NCBI RefSeq assembly: GCF_902713615.1
Contig: NC_052158.1
Coordinates: forward strand, 159,038,691 to 159,102,690
Reading direction: 5' to 3'
Length of the DNA stretch: 64,000 nucleotides
DNA from: Scyliorhinus canicula
Taxonomy: Eukaryota
The notes under the pieces were generated by a model. That model worked only from the letters and a program-made list of their open reading frames with translations. It was not told the DNA's origin and made no database searches. Shown one piece after another: positions 24,592-36,805 of this stretch. The position numbers were made by a program, and so were the translations under genes. Each line of letters begins with the position of its first letter. The stretch's first letter is position 1.

Positions 24592-25177
24592 GTATGATTA
24601 ATTGATTACTTAACTTCATAGATTAAAGCACGTTGACTCAATGTCCCATGGGTGCAGAACAAGTGTATATTTAAATATGTGCCCCCAATCATCGACCAGA
24701 GGCATTTTCGGAACACCTGTTAGAGTGGCTGAGTTTGATTTATTCTGTATTGCCGGTAGCATTGTCGCTACAATATGCTACCGAAGCCATTCCTCGTCAC
24801 AAATCCTCATTTCATACAATCACACATTGCATAACAGCTCGTGATGTAAGAAATACAATCCAAACGCAATCGCGAGTAAAATACCGCAGGGGGGTTGATT
24901 TGTCAACGTTTCACGGGCCAATTTGATCTGATTTCTATGTAGCTCGGTGCTCCACATCGGCTGGGTCCGAAAACAAAATGCGGTTTGGAATGATACAAGC
25001 TGAGCGATATTGCCTTTGGGTCACTGTGTGAAACCAACGATGTTGGATCATATACCAATTTCTTTTTGAACGTGATCCTGCTTGCTTCTGACAAAGCATA
25101 TTTCCCCCAAATTTCTGTTATATGTCTGCTGATCATCGAGTTATTTGTCACCTTCCACTCTCCGGTTGCATTTCCTT

Positions 25178-25316
25178 TAATGAAATGAAAATCGCTTATT
25201 GTCACAAGTAGGCTTCAAATGAAGTTACTTTGAAAAGCCCGTAGTCGCCACATTCCGGCGCCTGTTCGGGGAGGCTGGTACGGGAATTGAACCGTGCTGC
25301 TGGCCTGCCTTGGTCT
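25178..25316 (-). mobile_element. Short tRNA-SINE, 5'-truncated, in intron 2 of gene B
   Basis: Near identical to 53972-54151. Confidence 0.85.
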
Positions 25317-25451
25317 ACTGTGAAAATTATAGTCCATGGCATTATGACTGGACCCAGATCAATACTTTAATTTCTCATTGATTAGTCCTAGGGTCCTGCT
25401 GGATGGCAAAATGTGTTTGCGCTATAATTAAAAACCTGTATTAAATTCTAG

Positions 25452-26282
25452 GTCAGCTATGCTTCGTCTTGTACCTGTCTGAGTGATAAGCGCGAATTCC
25501 CAACTTTCTTCAGGACAATTCCCAGTGACGGCGTTCAAGTCAAAGCGTTGGTGAAACTGGTGCAGCGCTTTAAATGGATTTGGGTTGGGATTGTAACAGA
25601 AGACAGTGAATATGGCCGATTTGCCATAATATCCTTTATTGAAGAAGTTTCTAAGTTCGAAACATGTATCGCCTTTATTGAGTTTATGTCTCCGGAAAGC
25701 ACCAGAATCAAATTGCTTGGGGTTATAGAGACTATTAAAAAGTCCACTGCTAAGGTGGTCATAATATTTTCTCTTGAGCATGCGACAAAGTCTTTAGCAA
25801 TAGAACTCAGGCGGCACAACATAACGGACATTCAGCTGATTGCAAGTGAAGCCTGGATCACATCTGTCAGATTATGGACTAAAGAAACACAGGAAATATT
25901 TTCTGGAACAATCGGATTTGGAATTCGGAGAGCGGAAATCCCAAGACTGAGGGAGTTTCTAGTCAAACTCCACCCTTCCAGAACACCAGACAATCCCTTT
26001 GTGGAAGAACTCTGGCGGGATGTTTTTGGGTGTCGCGTTAAATTCTCAAACCAGAGCCTAGAAAAAGAAACATCTCCTTACAAACCATGCACAGGTTTAG
26101 AAAGCTTGGAGACCATTCAAAATGCATACACCGATGTATCACAATTGCGAATTTCGCACAATGTGTACAAAGCAGTATATGCGATAGCTCACGCTCTTCA
26201 CAATTTAAAATCGTGCGAAAATGGGAAAGGCCCATTTATCAATATGACGTGCGGCCAAGGATCCCGCATTCTCCCCTGGCAG
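25452..26282 (+). CDS. V2R/OlfC-like gene B, exon 3 (main Venus flytrap exon)
   Basis: 831 nt in frame; VSYASSCTCLSDKREFPTFFRTIPSD..WIWVG..YG..ASEAW..VYKAVYAIAHALH..PWQ; GTGAGG donor. Confidence 0.96.
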
Positions 26283-26485
26283 GTGAGGAAAGATCTGCTT
26301 ATCCGTGCGACGCAAAATGTAGCCTTTGTTTCTTAGGATGGTTATTTAAAATGATTTTATTTAGAAATTAGAATCTCATAACTTTGTGATGTTTTAATTC
26401 GTGATTAAATAATTGATCAGACGTGTGGCGGACTTATGAACGACTTACAGTGCTGTAGAATGGAATTGTTTTTCTGTGTTTAAAG

Positions 26486-26713
26486 CTTTTACACTACCTG
26501 AAGGAAATCCGCTTCACAACCCAGTTTGGCGAGGAAGTGAGCTTCGATAAGAACGGAGATCCTGTTGCCTCCTATGACGTGATAAATTGGCAGCAGGGCG
26601 TTGATGGGTCGGTGCAGTTTGTTAACGTTGGATATTACGATGCAGCGTTGCCGGAAGGCGAAGAATTCGTGTTGAATGAAAGTAGAATTGTTTGGCATGG
26701 ATCCCAAAACAGG
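26486..26713 (+). CDS. V2R/OlfC-like gene B, exon 4
   Basis: 228 nt; LLHYLKEIRFTTQFGEEVSFDKNGDPVASYDVINWQ..VGYYD; AAG acceptor, GTAAGG donor. Confidence 0.95.
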
Positions 26714-27339
26714 GTAAGGATTTTGACAAAGAGTAATCCAGACTCGGCACGTGAGCTCCCTTCTCTCCACAGATGGAGTCAATCCTGCTCAGATTCTCCA
26801 ACAATTTCTGCTTTTATTAAGGACTTTTCTAATGATTGCAAAACCACATAATTTCACGATAAGTTGTCAATTTAATGTTTTCCCCTGCATGTGGCTATGA
26901 CTAAGACATGGCGGTCCATAAGATAGCACCTCAAACACGAGGCGCAACAATAGCGCACTGTGGGTGCAGAAAGCTCACAAGAGCTTTTCGGCAGCATCTC
27001 GCACATTTCGTGCAGAGGCGGGCAATGGCGGATAAAGCATGGGAAACCCATCACCACCAAGTTCACTTCCAAGTCACTCCCTAGCGTTGCTTGAAGATTT
27101 CTCGCTATTCCTTCATGGATGGTAAGTAAAAATAGTTTAAGTTCCTCATTCAAAAGTATTTTGGGAGCACACGTATTGAAAGGGTTGACGAAGAAAGCGC
27201 ATCAATATCTTCTCAGTGATCATGGATAACTACCGTCCTTCCTCGCAAACCTCACACCCTGGATGATTAGTGTGTACATTCCACAGTGAAGCTCCTTTAT
27301 CTTGAAAGTTTGTTTACGACTTGTTATTCGTTTGATAAA

Positions 27340-28870
27340 GAAGCGGAAATTAATGGACTAGAGTAAGCTTCCAGGGAACATAAAAACTGACTGAAAGTTT
27401 CTATAGGTGTGTGAAGATAAAAAGATTGGTGAGTTCAAACGTAGGTACCTTTCAGTCAGGAACAGGGGAATATATAATAGGGAACAAAGAAATGTCGGAG
27501 GAACTGAACATATATTTTGGTTCAGTTTTCACAAAAGAGGACACAATTCAGATACCAGAACTGTTGGGGTACGCAGAGTTTAGTGAGGTGGGGGGGGGGG
27601 GCTGAAGGAGATTGATGTTATTAGAGAAATGTTGTTGCGGAAGTTGATTGGATTGAAACTTACAAATATCCAGGGCCTGGTAATCTACGTCCCAGAGAAC
27701 TTAAGGAAGTGGGTCCAGAAATGATGGGTTCATTGGTGGCCATCTTCTGGGAGTCATAGAATCATTCTTTGATGATATAACTAGTAGAAGGGGAGCCTGT
27801 GGATGTGGCTTTTGACAAGGTCCCGCATCAGAGATTAGCGTGTAAAATTAAAGTGCCTGCTATTAGGGGTAGTGAATTTCGATGGATAGAAAACTATTTG
27901 GGGACAGGAAACAAAGATTAGGAATAAATAGTTATTTTTCAAATTGTCATCCAGTGACTAGTGAGGTACCACAGAGATTGGTGCTAGGTCCCCAGCTATT
28001 CACAATAAATATTAATGATTTAGATGAGGGAACAAAATGCAAAATCCCCAAATTTGCATATGACATCAGGTCGGGTGGCAAAGTGAGCTGTGAGGAGCAT
28101 GCAGAGATTCTTCAATGGGAATTGGATACGTTGAAAGTGAGTGGGCAAAGGAATGGTAGATGCAGTATAATTTGGATAAACGTGAAGTCATCCACTTTGG
28201 TAACAAAAACGAGAAGGCAGACTATTATCGGAATGGCCATAAGTTAGGAGAGGGGAATGTACAACGAGACCTCGGTGTTACCACACATCAGTTACTGAAG
28301 GTGAGCAGACAGATACAGCAGGCAGTAAAGAAGGCACATTTCTTACTGTCCTTCATTGCGAGATGATCCGAAAACAGGATGGAGGGTCACTTGCTGCAAC
28401 TATATCGGGCCATGGTGAGGTCACACCTGGAATATTCGGTGCTGTTTTGATATTGTTACCTAGAGGGAGTGCAGCAAAGATTTTCCAGACTCTTTCCTGG
28501 GATGGCGGGACTGGCGTATCAGGGGAGATTGAATCGGGTAGGATTGTATTTGCTGGAGTTCAGAAGAATGAGGAGTAATCTCGTAGAAACCTAGAACATT
28601 CTAACAGAACTAGAAGTTCAGGGTTCAGGTGAAGTCTCTTTACCAAGAGAGTCGTGAGCCTGTGGAATTCGTTACCACAGGAAGTAGGTGAGGGCAAAAT
28701 AGTGCATTGTCTTAAATAAGCAGTTAAACTTACCACATAGGGCGAAGTGGATCAAAGTATATGGGGGAATCAGTATTTGGTTAATGCATTGAATGACCAG
28801 CCTTTATCATAATGAATGGCCGAAGGGCCGCATGGATCGGCCGACTCCTATTTTCTACGTTTCTATGTTA
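27340..28870 (+). mobile_element. Decayed CR1 LINE in intron 4 of gene B
   Basis: AFDKVPH, VLGPQLFTININDL..KFAYD, REVIHFGNKN motifs. Confidence 0.88.
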
Positions 28871-29054
28871 CTTGCAACTCCAGTCATTCCACAGATATGT
28901 TGATCGACAAACGCTCTAGACCTTATAAAGGTTGAATAAGCAATGCAAACGAGATGCTCTGAGCGTAAAATTAATGAATCCAATATTCCTGACATATTAA
29001 GGGAAGGTTTTAAATGCAGGCTGTTTTTCAGAGTGGATTTTGCAATCTCCACAG

Positions 29055-29178
29055 GTACCAATATCAATATGCAGTGGCATTTGTCCAGTGGGAACACGAA
29101 AGGGCGCTCGAAAAGGGCAACCAATCTGTTGCTTTGACTGTTTGCCATGTTCTGAAGGAGAGATTAGCAATCAAACAG
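29055..29178 (+). CDS. V2R/OlfC-like gene B, exon 5 (cysteine-rich NCD3G domain)
   Basis: 124 nt; [41 protein letters not shown]; CAG acceptor, GTAGAC donor; this frame is absent from the ORF track. Confidence 0.95.
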
Positions 29179-29311
29179 GTAGACAACTTTAACATAACTA
29201 CAAACATTGCAGAGCATGACTGAACAATTCGTACAGACTGATAATGTCAGAACAATTACGCATAATATTTCATTCTACAACTGATGTTAAATTGACCTGA
29301 TTCTTTCACAG

Positions 29312-30219
29312 ATTCTTCAGAATGTACCAAATGCCCCAGAGATTACTGGTCCAACAAGGCAAGAAATCAATGCATTCCAAAAGAGATTGAGTTCCTCTCC
29401 TTCCACTCCACCATGGGAATAGCACTCGTAGCAATTTCACTGTTTGGAGCTTGTATCACAGGAGTTGTTGCAGCTGTTTTCTTATATTTCCTAAACACTC
29501 CCATTGTAAGGGCCAACAATTCGGAGCTAAGTTTCCTTCTGTTAATCTCATTAATACTCTGCTTTTTGTGCTCCATTGCATTCATTGGGCAGCCAACACC
29601 ATGGTCATGTATGGTGCGCCACACTGTGTTTGGGGTGAGCTTTGTTCTGTGCATTTCCTGTATTCTCAGCAAAACTCTGGTCGTCCTGATGGCATTTAAA
29701 GCAACGCTCCCGGCCAGTAATGTGATGAAATGGTTTGGACCCAAACAACAAAGATCAATCGTCTTCCTCTGCACATTGATTCAAATTATAATATGTGTGA
29801 TCTGGTTGGTGACATCTCCCCCTCTCCCATCTAAAAACACCAAGTATCAAAGTGCAAAGATTATCCTTGAGTGTGATGTGGGTTCCACAGTTGCTTTCTG
29901 CTGTGTGTTCGGTTACATCGGACTCTTAGCGGGTATATGTTTACTTTTAGCCTTCTTGGCCCGGGCCTTACCGGACAAGTACAACGAAGCTAAATTTATT
30001 ACCTTCAGCATGCTGATCTTTTTTGCAGTTTGGGTAACTTTCATCCCAGCCTACATAAGCACTCCCGGAAAATACACGGTGGCCGTGGAAATATTCGCAA
30101 TCTTGGCATCGAGTTTCGGATTACTGAGCTGCATCTTTGCTCCAAAATGTTACATTGTCTTACTCAGACCAGAGGAGAACACGAGGAAGCAGATCACGAG
30201 TAGAAGAGGAAAATTATAG
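29312..30219 (+). CDS. V2R/OlfC-like gene B, exon 6 (7tm_3 transmembrane domain, stop codon)
   Basis: 908 nt; [59 protein letters not shown]; spliced CDS totals 2598 nt. Confidence 0.97.
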
Positions 30220-30579
30220 ATTCATAGATGACTATCGTACTAAAGGAAGCCAGACGTCCATCGCACTTATGCTAGATAAAGAAGTCAACAGGATTTTGTT
30301 TTTAATTGAATGATGATTTGAAATTATGAGAAATTTTACGACACTGAGGAAGTAAATTGGTTTTCCTTTCAGATACACAATCGTTGTTCTAGTCGATTGT
30401 AGTAGTAGCAATCTAGGATGGAATGCAACACAGCGCAAGGCTGGAACCATTGGTCTGAGGAACACTTTTTGTTGATTTAAATGCTGAACATATTTATTAA
30501 TAATAAGAAACTGATACTCGATAAATGTCTCTTTTCGTCTTTTAATGGACACTTGGTATGAATATATGTACAAAACGAC

Positions 30580-31110
30580 ATACGAATTAGGCACGGGGTA
30601 CACCAAAAGGCCCTTCGAGCCTTCTCCACCATTCAATAAGATCATGGCTGGTATGATTTTTAAAAATAAATTTAGAGTATCCAATTGAGGGGAAATTTAG
30701 CACGTCCAATCGGCCTACCCTGCACATCTTTGGGTTTTGGGGGTGAAACCCACGCAACCATGGTGGGGATGTGCAAAATCCACAGGAACAGTGACCCAGG
30801 ATCGAACCTGGGACTTCGGCGCCATGAAGTCGCAATGCTAACCACTGCATGACCGTGCTGCCGTTTGGTTGGTAAGATTTTCACCTCAACTCTACATTCC
30901 TGCCGAAACCCAATGATCAGTCACCACCTTGCTTATCAAGAACCTATTCACCTCCTCCTTCAAATTTTCAAATATTCTGTCTCCACCCTCCTTTGAGGAA
31001 CAGTGCCAAAGGCTAAGAACCCACTGAGAGAGAAAATATTCTCCCCATCTCTGTCTTAAATTGGCGACCTTTTTTTAAAGCAGTGACCTCTCGTTCGAGA
31101 TTCAAGAGGA
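30580..31110 (-). mobile_element. CR1 3' fragment with an inserted V-SINE (30662-30863)
   Basis: CR1 tail and a V-domain SINE flanked by the near-TSD GGTA(T/A)GATTTT. Confidence 0.75.
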
Positions 31111-33192
31111 AACATAAGAACATAAGAACTAGGAGCAGGAGTAGGCCATCTGGCCCCTCGAGCCTGCTCCACCATTCAACGAGAGCATGGCTGATCTTTT
31201 GTGGACTCAGCTCCACTTTCCGGCACGAACACCATGACTTTTAATCCTTTATTCTACAAAACACTATCTATCTTTATCTTAAAAACATTTAATGAAGAAG
31301 CCTCAACTGCTTCACTGGGCAAGGAATTCCATAGATTCACAACCCTTTGGGTGAAGAAGTTCCTCCTAATCTCAGTCCTAAATCTACTTCCCCTTATTTT
31401 GAGGCTATGCCCCCTAGTTCTGCTTTCACCCGCCAGTGGAAACAACCTGCCCGCATCTATCCTATCTATTCCCTTCATAATTTTATATGTTTCTAGAAGA
31501 TCCCCACTCATCCTTCTAAATTCCAACGACTACAGTCCCAGGCTATTCGACATGTCCTCGTAATCCAACCCCTTCAGCTCTGGGATTAATCTAGTGAATC
31601 TCTTCTGCACACCCTCCAGTGCCAGTACGTCCTTTTTCAAGTAAGGATACCAAAACTGAACACAATACTCCAGGTGTGGCCTCACTAACACCTTATACAA
31701 TTGCAGCATAACCTCCCTAGTCTTAAACTCCATCCCTCTAGCAATGAAGGACAACATTCCATTTGCCTTCTTAATCACCTGTTTCACCTGTAAACCTGCT
31801 TTCTGTGACTCACGCACTAGCACATCCAGGTCTCTCTGCACAGCAGCATGCTGTAATATTTTATCGTTTAAATAATAATCCCGTTTGCTGTTATTCCTAC
31901 CAAAATGTATAACCTCACATTTTTCAACATTGGATTCCATCTGCCAGACCCTAGCCCATTCATTAACCTGTCCAAATCCATCTGCAGACTTCCAGTATCC
32001 TCTGCACATTTCGCTTTACCACTCATCTTAATGTCATCTGCAAACTTGGACACATTGCCCTTGGTCCCCAACTCCAAATCATCTATATAAATTGAGAACA
32101 ATTGTGGACCCAACACGGATCCCTGAGGGACACCACTAGCTACTTATTTCCAACCAGAGAAACACCCATTTATCCCCACTCTTTGCTTTCTATTAATTAA
32201 CCAATCCTCTATCCATGCTACTACTTTACCCTTAATGCTATGCATCTTTATCTTCTGCAGCAACCTTTTGTGTGGCACCTTGTCAAAGGCTTTCTGGAAA
32301 TCCAGATATGCCACATCCATTGGCTCCCCGTTATCTACTATACTGGTAATGTCCTCAAAAAATTCCACTAAATTAGTTAGGCACGACCTGCCCTTTATGA
32401 ACCCATACTGCGTCTGCCCAATGGGACAATTTCTATCAAGGTGCCTCGCTAGTTCTTCCTTGATGATAGATTCCAGCATCTTCACTACTACCGAAGTTAA
32501 GCTCACTGACCTATAATTACCCGCTCTCTGCCTACCTCATTTTTAAACAGTGGTGTCACGTTTGCTAATTTCCAATCCACCGAGCCCACCCCAGAGTCTA
32601 GCGAATTTTGGTAAATCGTCACTCGTGCATCTGCAATTTTCCTAGCCATCTCTTTTAGCACTCTGGGGTGCATTCCATCAGGGCCAGGAGACTTGACTAC
32701 CTTTAGCCCCATTAGCTTGTCCATCACTACCTCCTTAGTGATAACAATCCTCTCAAGGTCCTCACCTGTCGCAGCCTCATTTCTATCAGTCACTGGCATG
32801 TTATTTATGTCTTCCACTGTGAAGACCAACCCAAAAAACCCGTTCAGTTCCTCAGCAATCTCCTCATCTCCCATTATTAAAACTCCCTTCTCATCCTCTA
32901 AAGGACCAATATTTAGCTTAGCCACTCTCTTTTGTTTTATATATCTGTAAAAACTTTTACTGTCTGTTTTTATATTCTGAGCAAGTTTACTCTCATACTC
33001 TATCTTACTCTTCTTTATAGCTTTTTTAGTAGCTTTCTGTTCCCCCCTAAAGATTTCCCGGTCCTGTAGTCTCCCACAAATCTTTGCCACTTTGTATGCT
33101 TTTTCCTTCAATTTGATACTCTCCCTTATTTCCTTAGATATCCATGGTGGAATTTCCCTCTTTCTACCGTCCTTCCTTTTTGTTGGTATAAA
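31111..33192 (-). mobile_element. CR1-type LINE ORF2 (RT to 3' end), few frameshifts
   Basis: KSPGPDGMHPRVLKE, QYGFIKGRSCLTNL, YLDFQKAFDKVPH, SKFADD, LVRPHLEYCVQFW; (TTCTTATG)n tail. Confidence 0.95.
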
Positions 33193-33732
33193 CCTTCGCT
33201 GCCCAGGCATCCTGGTGGTCGCAATCCACATGGAACAGGATGTACTGCTCCGCGTGTGCATATCGGTTGTCCATGATGGCGTGGATGCACTTATGTGGCG
33301 ATGCCTGCGTGATCCCGGACAGTTCCCCACTCAGTGACTGGAACAAACCCCTCGAATAAAAGTTCAGGGAAACCATAACCTTGACAGTCAACAGAAGCGG
33401 GTGTCCTCCCCATACCCGTGTGGTGCCAGCCCCTCTGCTCATCCGCAATCTCCGCCTGCATGCCAGGTGCGGCAGGTCCTGGAATGACATGCGGTCCCTC
33501 ATGTAGCGCTATCATCCACCTCCTCCTCCTCCTCGGCCAGTTGGGTGGCCGGCCCTCCAGCCTCTGCGTCCTCCACCTGCCACTCTGCAGCGTGCTCCTG
33601 TGCTGAAGATTAACCCTCCTCTCCAAGGAGCACCCGCCCATGCTGCTGCAAAGGATCTTGCAGAGTGCGGCCATCACCACAGCGGCCAGCATGATGGTTT
33701 GGTGTCCGAATGCCATTCATGCAGGGGGTGAA
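33193..33732 (-). mobile_element. Harbinger transposase 5' fragment; continues the minus-strand copy at 37231-37530
   Basis: MAFGHQ.., SFQDLP..CRRRLRMS, GGHPL..VKV..LNFY..G.FQ..GITQ, homologous to 38395-38930. Confidence 0.8.
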
Positions 33733-33800
33733 AGAATAAAGAACAAAGAAAATTACAGTAAGAAGTCTTACAACACCAGGTTAAAGTCCAACAGGTTTGT

Positions 33801-33846
33801 TTCAAACTCTAGCTTTCGGAGCACTTGCTCCTTCCTCAGGTGAATG
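33801..33846 (-). ncRNA. Minimal type I hammerhead ribozyme motif in a Penelope pLTR
   Basis: TTCAC-CTGAGGA-A-GGAGC(AAGT)GCTCC-GAAAGCTA: both core boxes, a 5-bp stem II, palindromic AGCT stem III. Confidence 0.72.
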
Positions 33847-35464
33847 AAGAGGTATGTTCCAGAAACATATATATAGACAAATTCAAAGATGCCAGACAAT
33901 GCTTAGAATCCGAGCATTTGCAGGTAATTAAATCTTTACAGATCCAGAGGTAGGGGCAACTCCAGGTTAAAGAGGTATGAATTGTCTCAAGCCAGGACAG
34001 TTGGTAGGATTTCGCAAGCCCAGGCCAGATGGTGGGGAATGAATGTAATGTGACATGAATCCCAGGTCCCGGTGCAGCCGCACTCATGTGTGTGGAACTT
34101 GGCTATAAGTTTCTGCACAGCGATTCTGCATTGTCGCGCGTCCTGAAGGCCATCTTGGAGGACGCTTACCCGGAGATCAGAGGCTGAATGCCCTTGACTG
34201 CTGAAGTGTTCCCCGACTAGAAGGGAACATTCCTGCCTGGTGATTGTTGCGCAATGTCCGTTCATTCATTGTAGCAGCGTCTGCATGGTCTCGCCAATGT
34301 ATCACACTTCAGGACATCCTTTCCTGCAGCGTATGAGGTAGACAACATTGGCCGAGTCGCGCGAGTATATACCGCGTACCTGGTGGGTGGTGCTCTCACG
34401 TGTAACGGTGGTATCCATGTCGATGATCTGACATGTCTTGCAGAGATTGCCATGGCAGGGTTGTGTAGTGTTGTGGTCTCTGTTCTGAATGCTGGGTAGT
34501 TTGCTGCAAACAATGGTTTGTTTGAGGTTGCGCGGTTGTTTGAAGGCAAATAGTGGGGTGTGGGGATGACCTTGGCAAGATGTTCATCTTCATCGATGAT
34601 GCGTTGAAGGCTGTGAAGGAGATGTTGTAGTTTCTCGGCTCCGAGAAAGTACAGAACGACAAAGGGTACTCTGTCGGTTGTGTCCCGTGTTTGTCTTCTG
34701 AGGAGGTCGGTGCGGTTTTTTGCTGTGGCAACGTTGGAACTGTTGATCGATTAGTCGCGCACCATTTGCCGTTCGAACAAGGGTATAAGGGTATCTTTCA
34801 GCGTCTGTAGATGTCCGTTGCGCTCCTCCTCATCTGAGCAGATCCTGTGTTTCCGGAGGGCTTAACTATGGGGGGGGGGGGGTGGCTTCTTTAATGTGTT
34901 TCGGGTGGAAGCTGGAGAAGTGGAGCATCGTGAGGTTATCCATGGGCTTGCGGTAAAGCAAAGTGCTGAGGTGACCGTCCTTCATGGAGACGAGTGTGTC
35001 CAAGACTGCAACTAATTTTGGAGAGTAGTCCATGGTGAGTCTAATAGTGGTATGGAACTTATTGATGTCATCGTGTAGTCTTTTCAATGATTCTTCGCCG
35101 TGGGTCCAAAGGAAGAAAATATCATCGATGTATCTGACGTGTAACGTCGGTTGAAGGTCTTGTGTGGTGAGGAGGTCTTGTTCAAACTTGTGCATGAAGA
35201 TGTTGGCATATTGAGGTGCGAATTTGGCCCCCATGGCTGTTCCGTGCGTCTGGATGAAGAATTTGTTGTTGAACGTGAAGACATTGTGATCCAGAATGAA
35301 GCGGATGAGTTGCAGAATTGTGTCTGGAGGTTGGCAGTTGTCGGTGTTGAAGACTGAGGCTGTTGCAGCAATGCCGTCGTCATCGGGAATGCTAGTGTAG
35401 AGTGCCGAGAACTTCATTGGGCGAGGAATGTTATTGGTTCAACTGATCGGTGGGGACTCAGTTT

Positions 35465-35650
35465 ACATAGAACATAGAACAGTACAGCACAGAACAGGCC
35501 CTTCGGCCCTCAATGTTGTGCCGAGCCATGATCACCCTACTCAAACCCACGTATCCACCCTATACCCTTAACCCAACAACCCCCCCCCCCTTAACCTTAC
35601 TTTTATTAGGACACTATGGGCAATTTAGCATGGCCAATCCACCTAACCCG
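35465..35650 (-). mobile_element. 5'-truncated V-SINE inserted in the Penelope RT
   Basis: Matches 41769-41955; 6-bp TSD CAGTTT (35459-35464 and 35651-35656). Confidence 0.85.
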
Positions 35651-36683
35651 CAGTTTCTGCAGCAAGTCCGTCGTGTTGCGACAGAAGCTGGGTGTACCTT
35701 GTACGATGGGTTTCAAGATGCCCTCGATGTAGCCAGACAGGTTCTCACACAGGTTCCCATTGCCTGAAAGGATAGGACGGCCTGGTGTGTTGGCCTTGTG
35801 TATTTTCGGGAGGCAGTAGGGATCTCCAATGCGGGGAGCACGTGGGATGAGAGCACGTAGGGTGCTCTGAAGGTCTGGATCCAAGGTCTTGATCAGTCTA
35901 TTGAGTTGGCGGATGTGTTCCTTGTCGGAACTGCGGGTAACTATCTGTAGTGTTCTTGGTTGTTGAGTTGTCGGTATACTGCTTTGCTGTAGTCCCAGCA
36001 CCAAAATGGACAGTTACCGGAATATGAACCTCAAACAAACCAATGTTTGCAGCAAACTACCCAGCCTTCAGAACAGAGACCACGACACCACACAACACTA
36101 CCATGGCAATCTCTGCAGGATGTGCCAGATCATCGACATGGATACCACTATTACAAGTGAGAACACCACCCACCAGGTACGCGGTACATACTCGTGTGAC
36201 TCGGCCAATGTTGTCTACCTCATATGCTGCAGGAAAGGTTGTCCCGAAGCGTGGTACATTGGCGAGTCCATGCAGATGCTGCGACAACGAATGAACGGAC
36301 ATTGTGCGACAATCACCTGGCAGGAATGTTCCCTTCCAGTCGGGAACACTTCAGCAGTTAAGGGCATTCAGCCTCTGATCTCCGGGTAAGCGTTCTCCAA
36401 GGTGGCCTTTAGGATGCGCGACAACGTAGAATCGCTGAGCAGAAACTTATAGCCAAGTTCCACACACATAAGTGCAGCCTGAACTGGGACCTGGGATTCA
36501 TGTCGCATTACAATCATCCCCGACCAACTGTCCTGGCTTGAGACAATAAACACCTCTTTAACCTGGGGTTATCCCTTTCTCTGGATCTGTGAAGATTTAA
36601 TTACCTGCAAATGCTCGGATTCTTAGCATTGTCTGGCATCTTGGAATTTGTATTTTTATATGTTTCTGGAACATACCTCTTCA

Positions 36684-36722
36684 TTCATCTGAGGAAGGGG
36701 CGGTGCTCCGAAAGCTAGGGTT
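36684..36722 (+). ncRNA. Minimal type I hammerhead ribozyme motif in the inverted Penelope pLTR
   Basis: CTGAGGA (36689)-A-GGGGC(GGT)GCTCC-GAAAGCTA. Confidence 0.68.
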
Positions 36723-36805
36723 TGAAACAAACCTGTTGGACTTTAACCTGGTGTTGTAAGACTCCTGACTGTCGTCACCCCAGTCCAACGCCGGCATCTC
36801 CACAT

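Larger units (their letters stand above)
33759..36805 (-). mobile_element. Penelope-like retroelement (RT + GIY-YIG) with an inverted terminal duplication
   Basis: LPKIHKANTPGRPI, ALYTSIP, QTHGTAMG..APQYANIFM, RYIDDIF, LYRKP; NVVYLICC..CP..YIGES..LRQRMN.H GIY-YIG; 15-bp TSD CAAAGAAAATTACAG (33744-33758 and 36806-36820). Confidence 0.93.

Noticed and set aside
29367-29774. Antisense ORFs shared by B and C (135 aa at 29367-29774 and 53150-53557)
   Set aside because: Shadow frames of the near-identical transmembrane tract; no independent coding evidence
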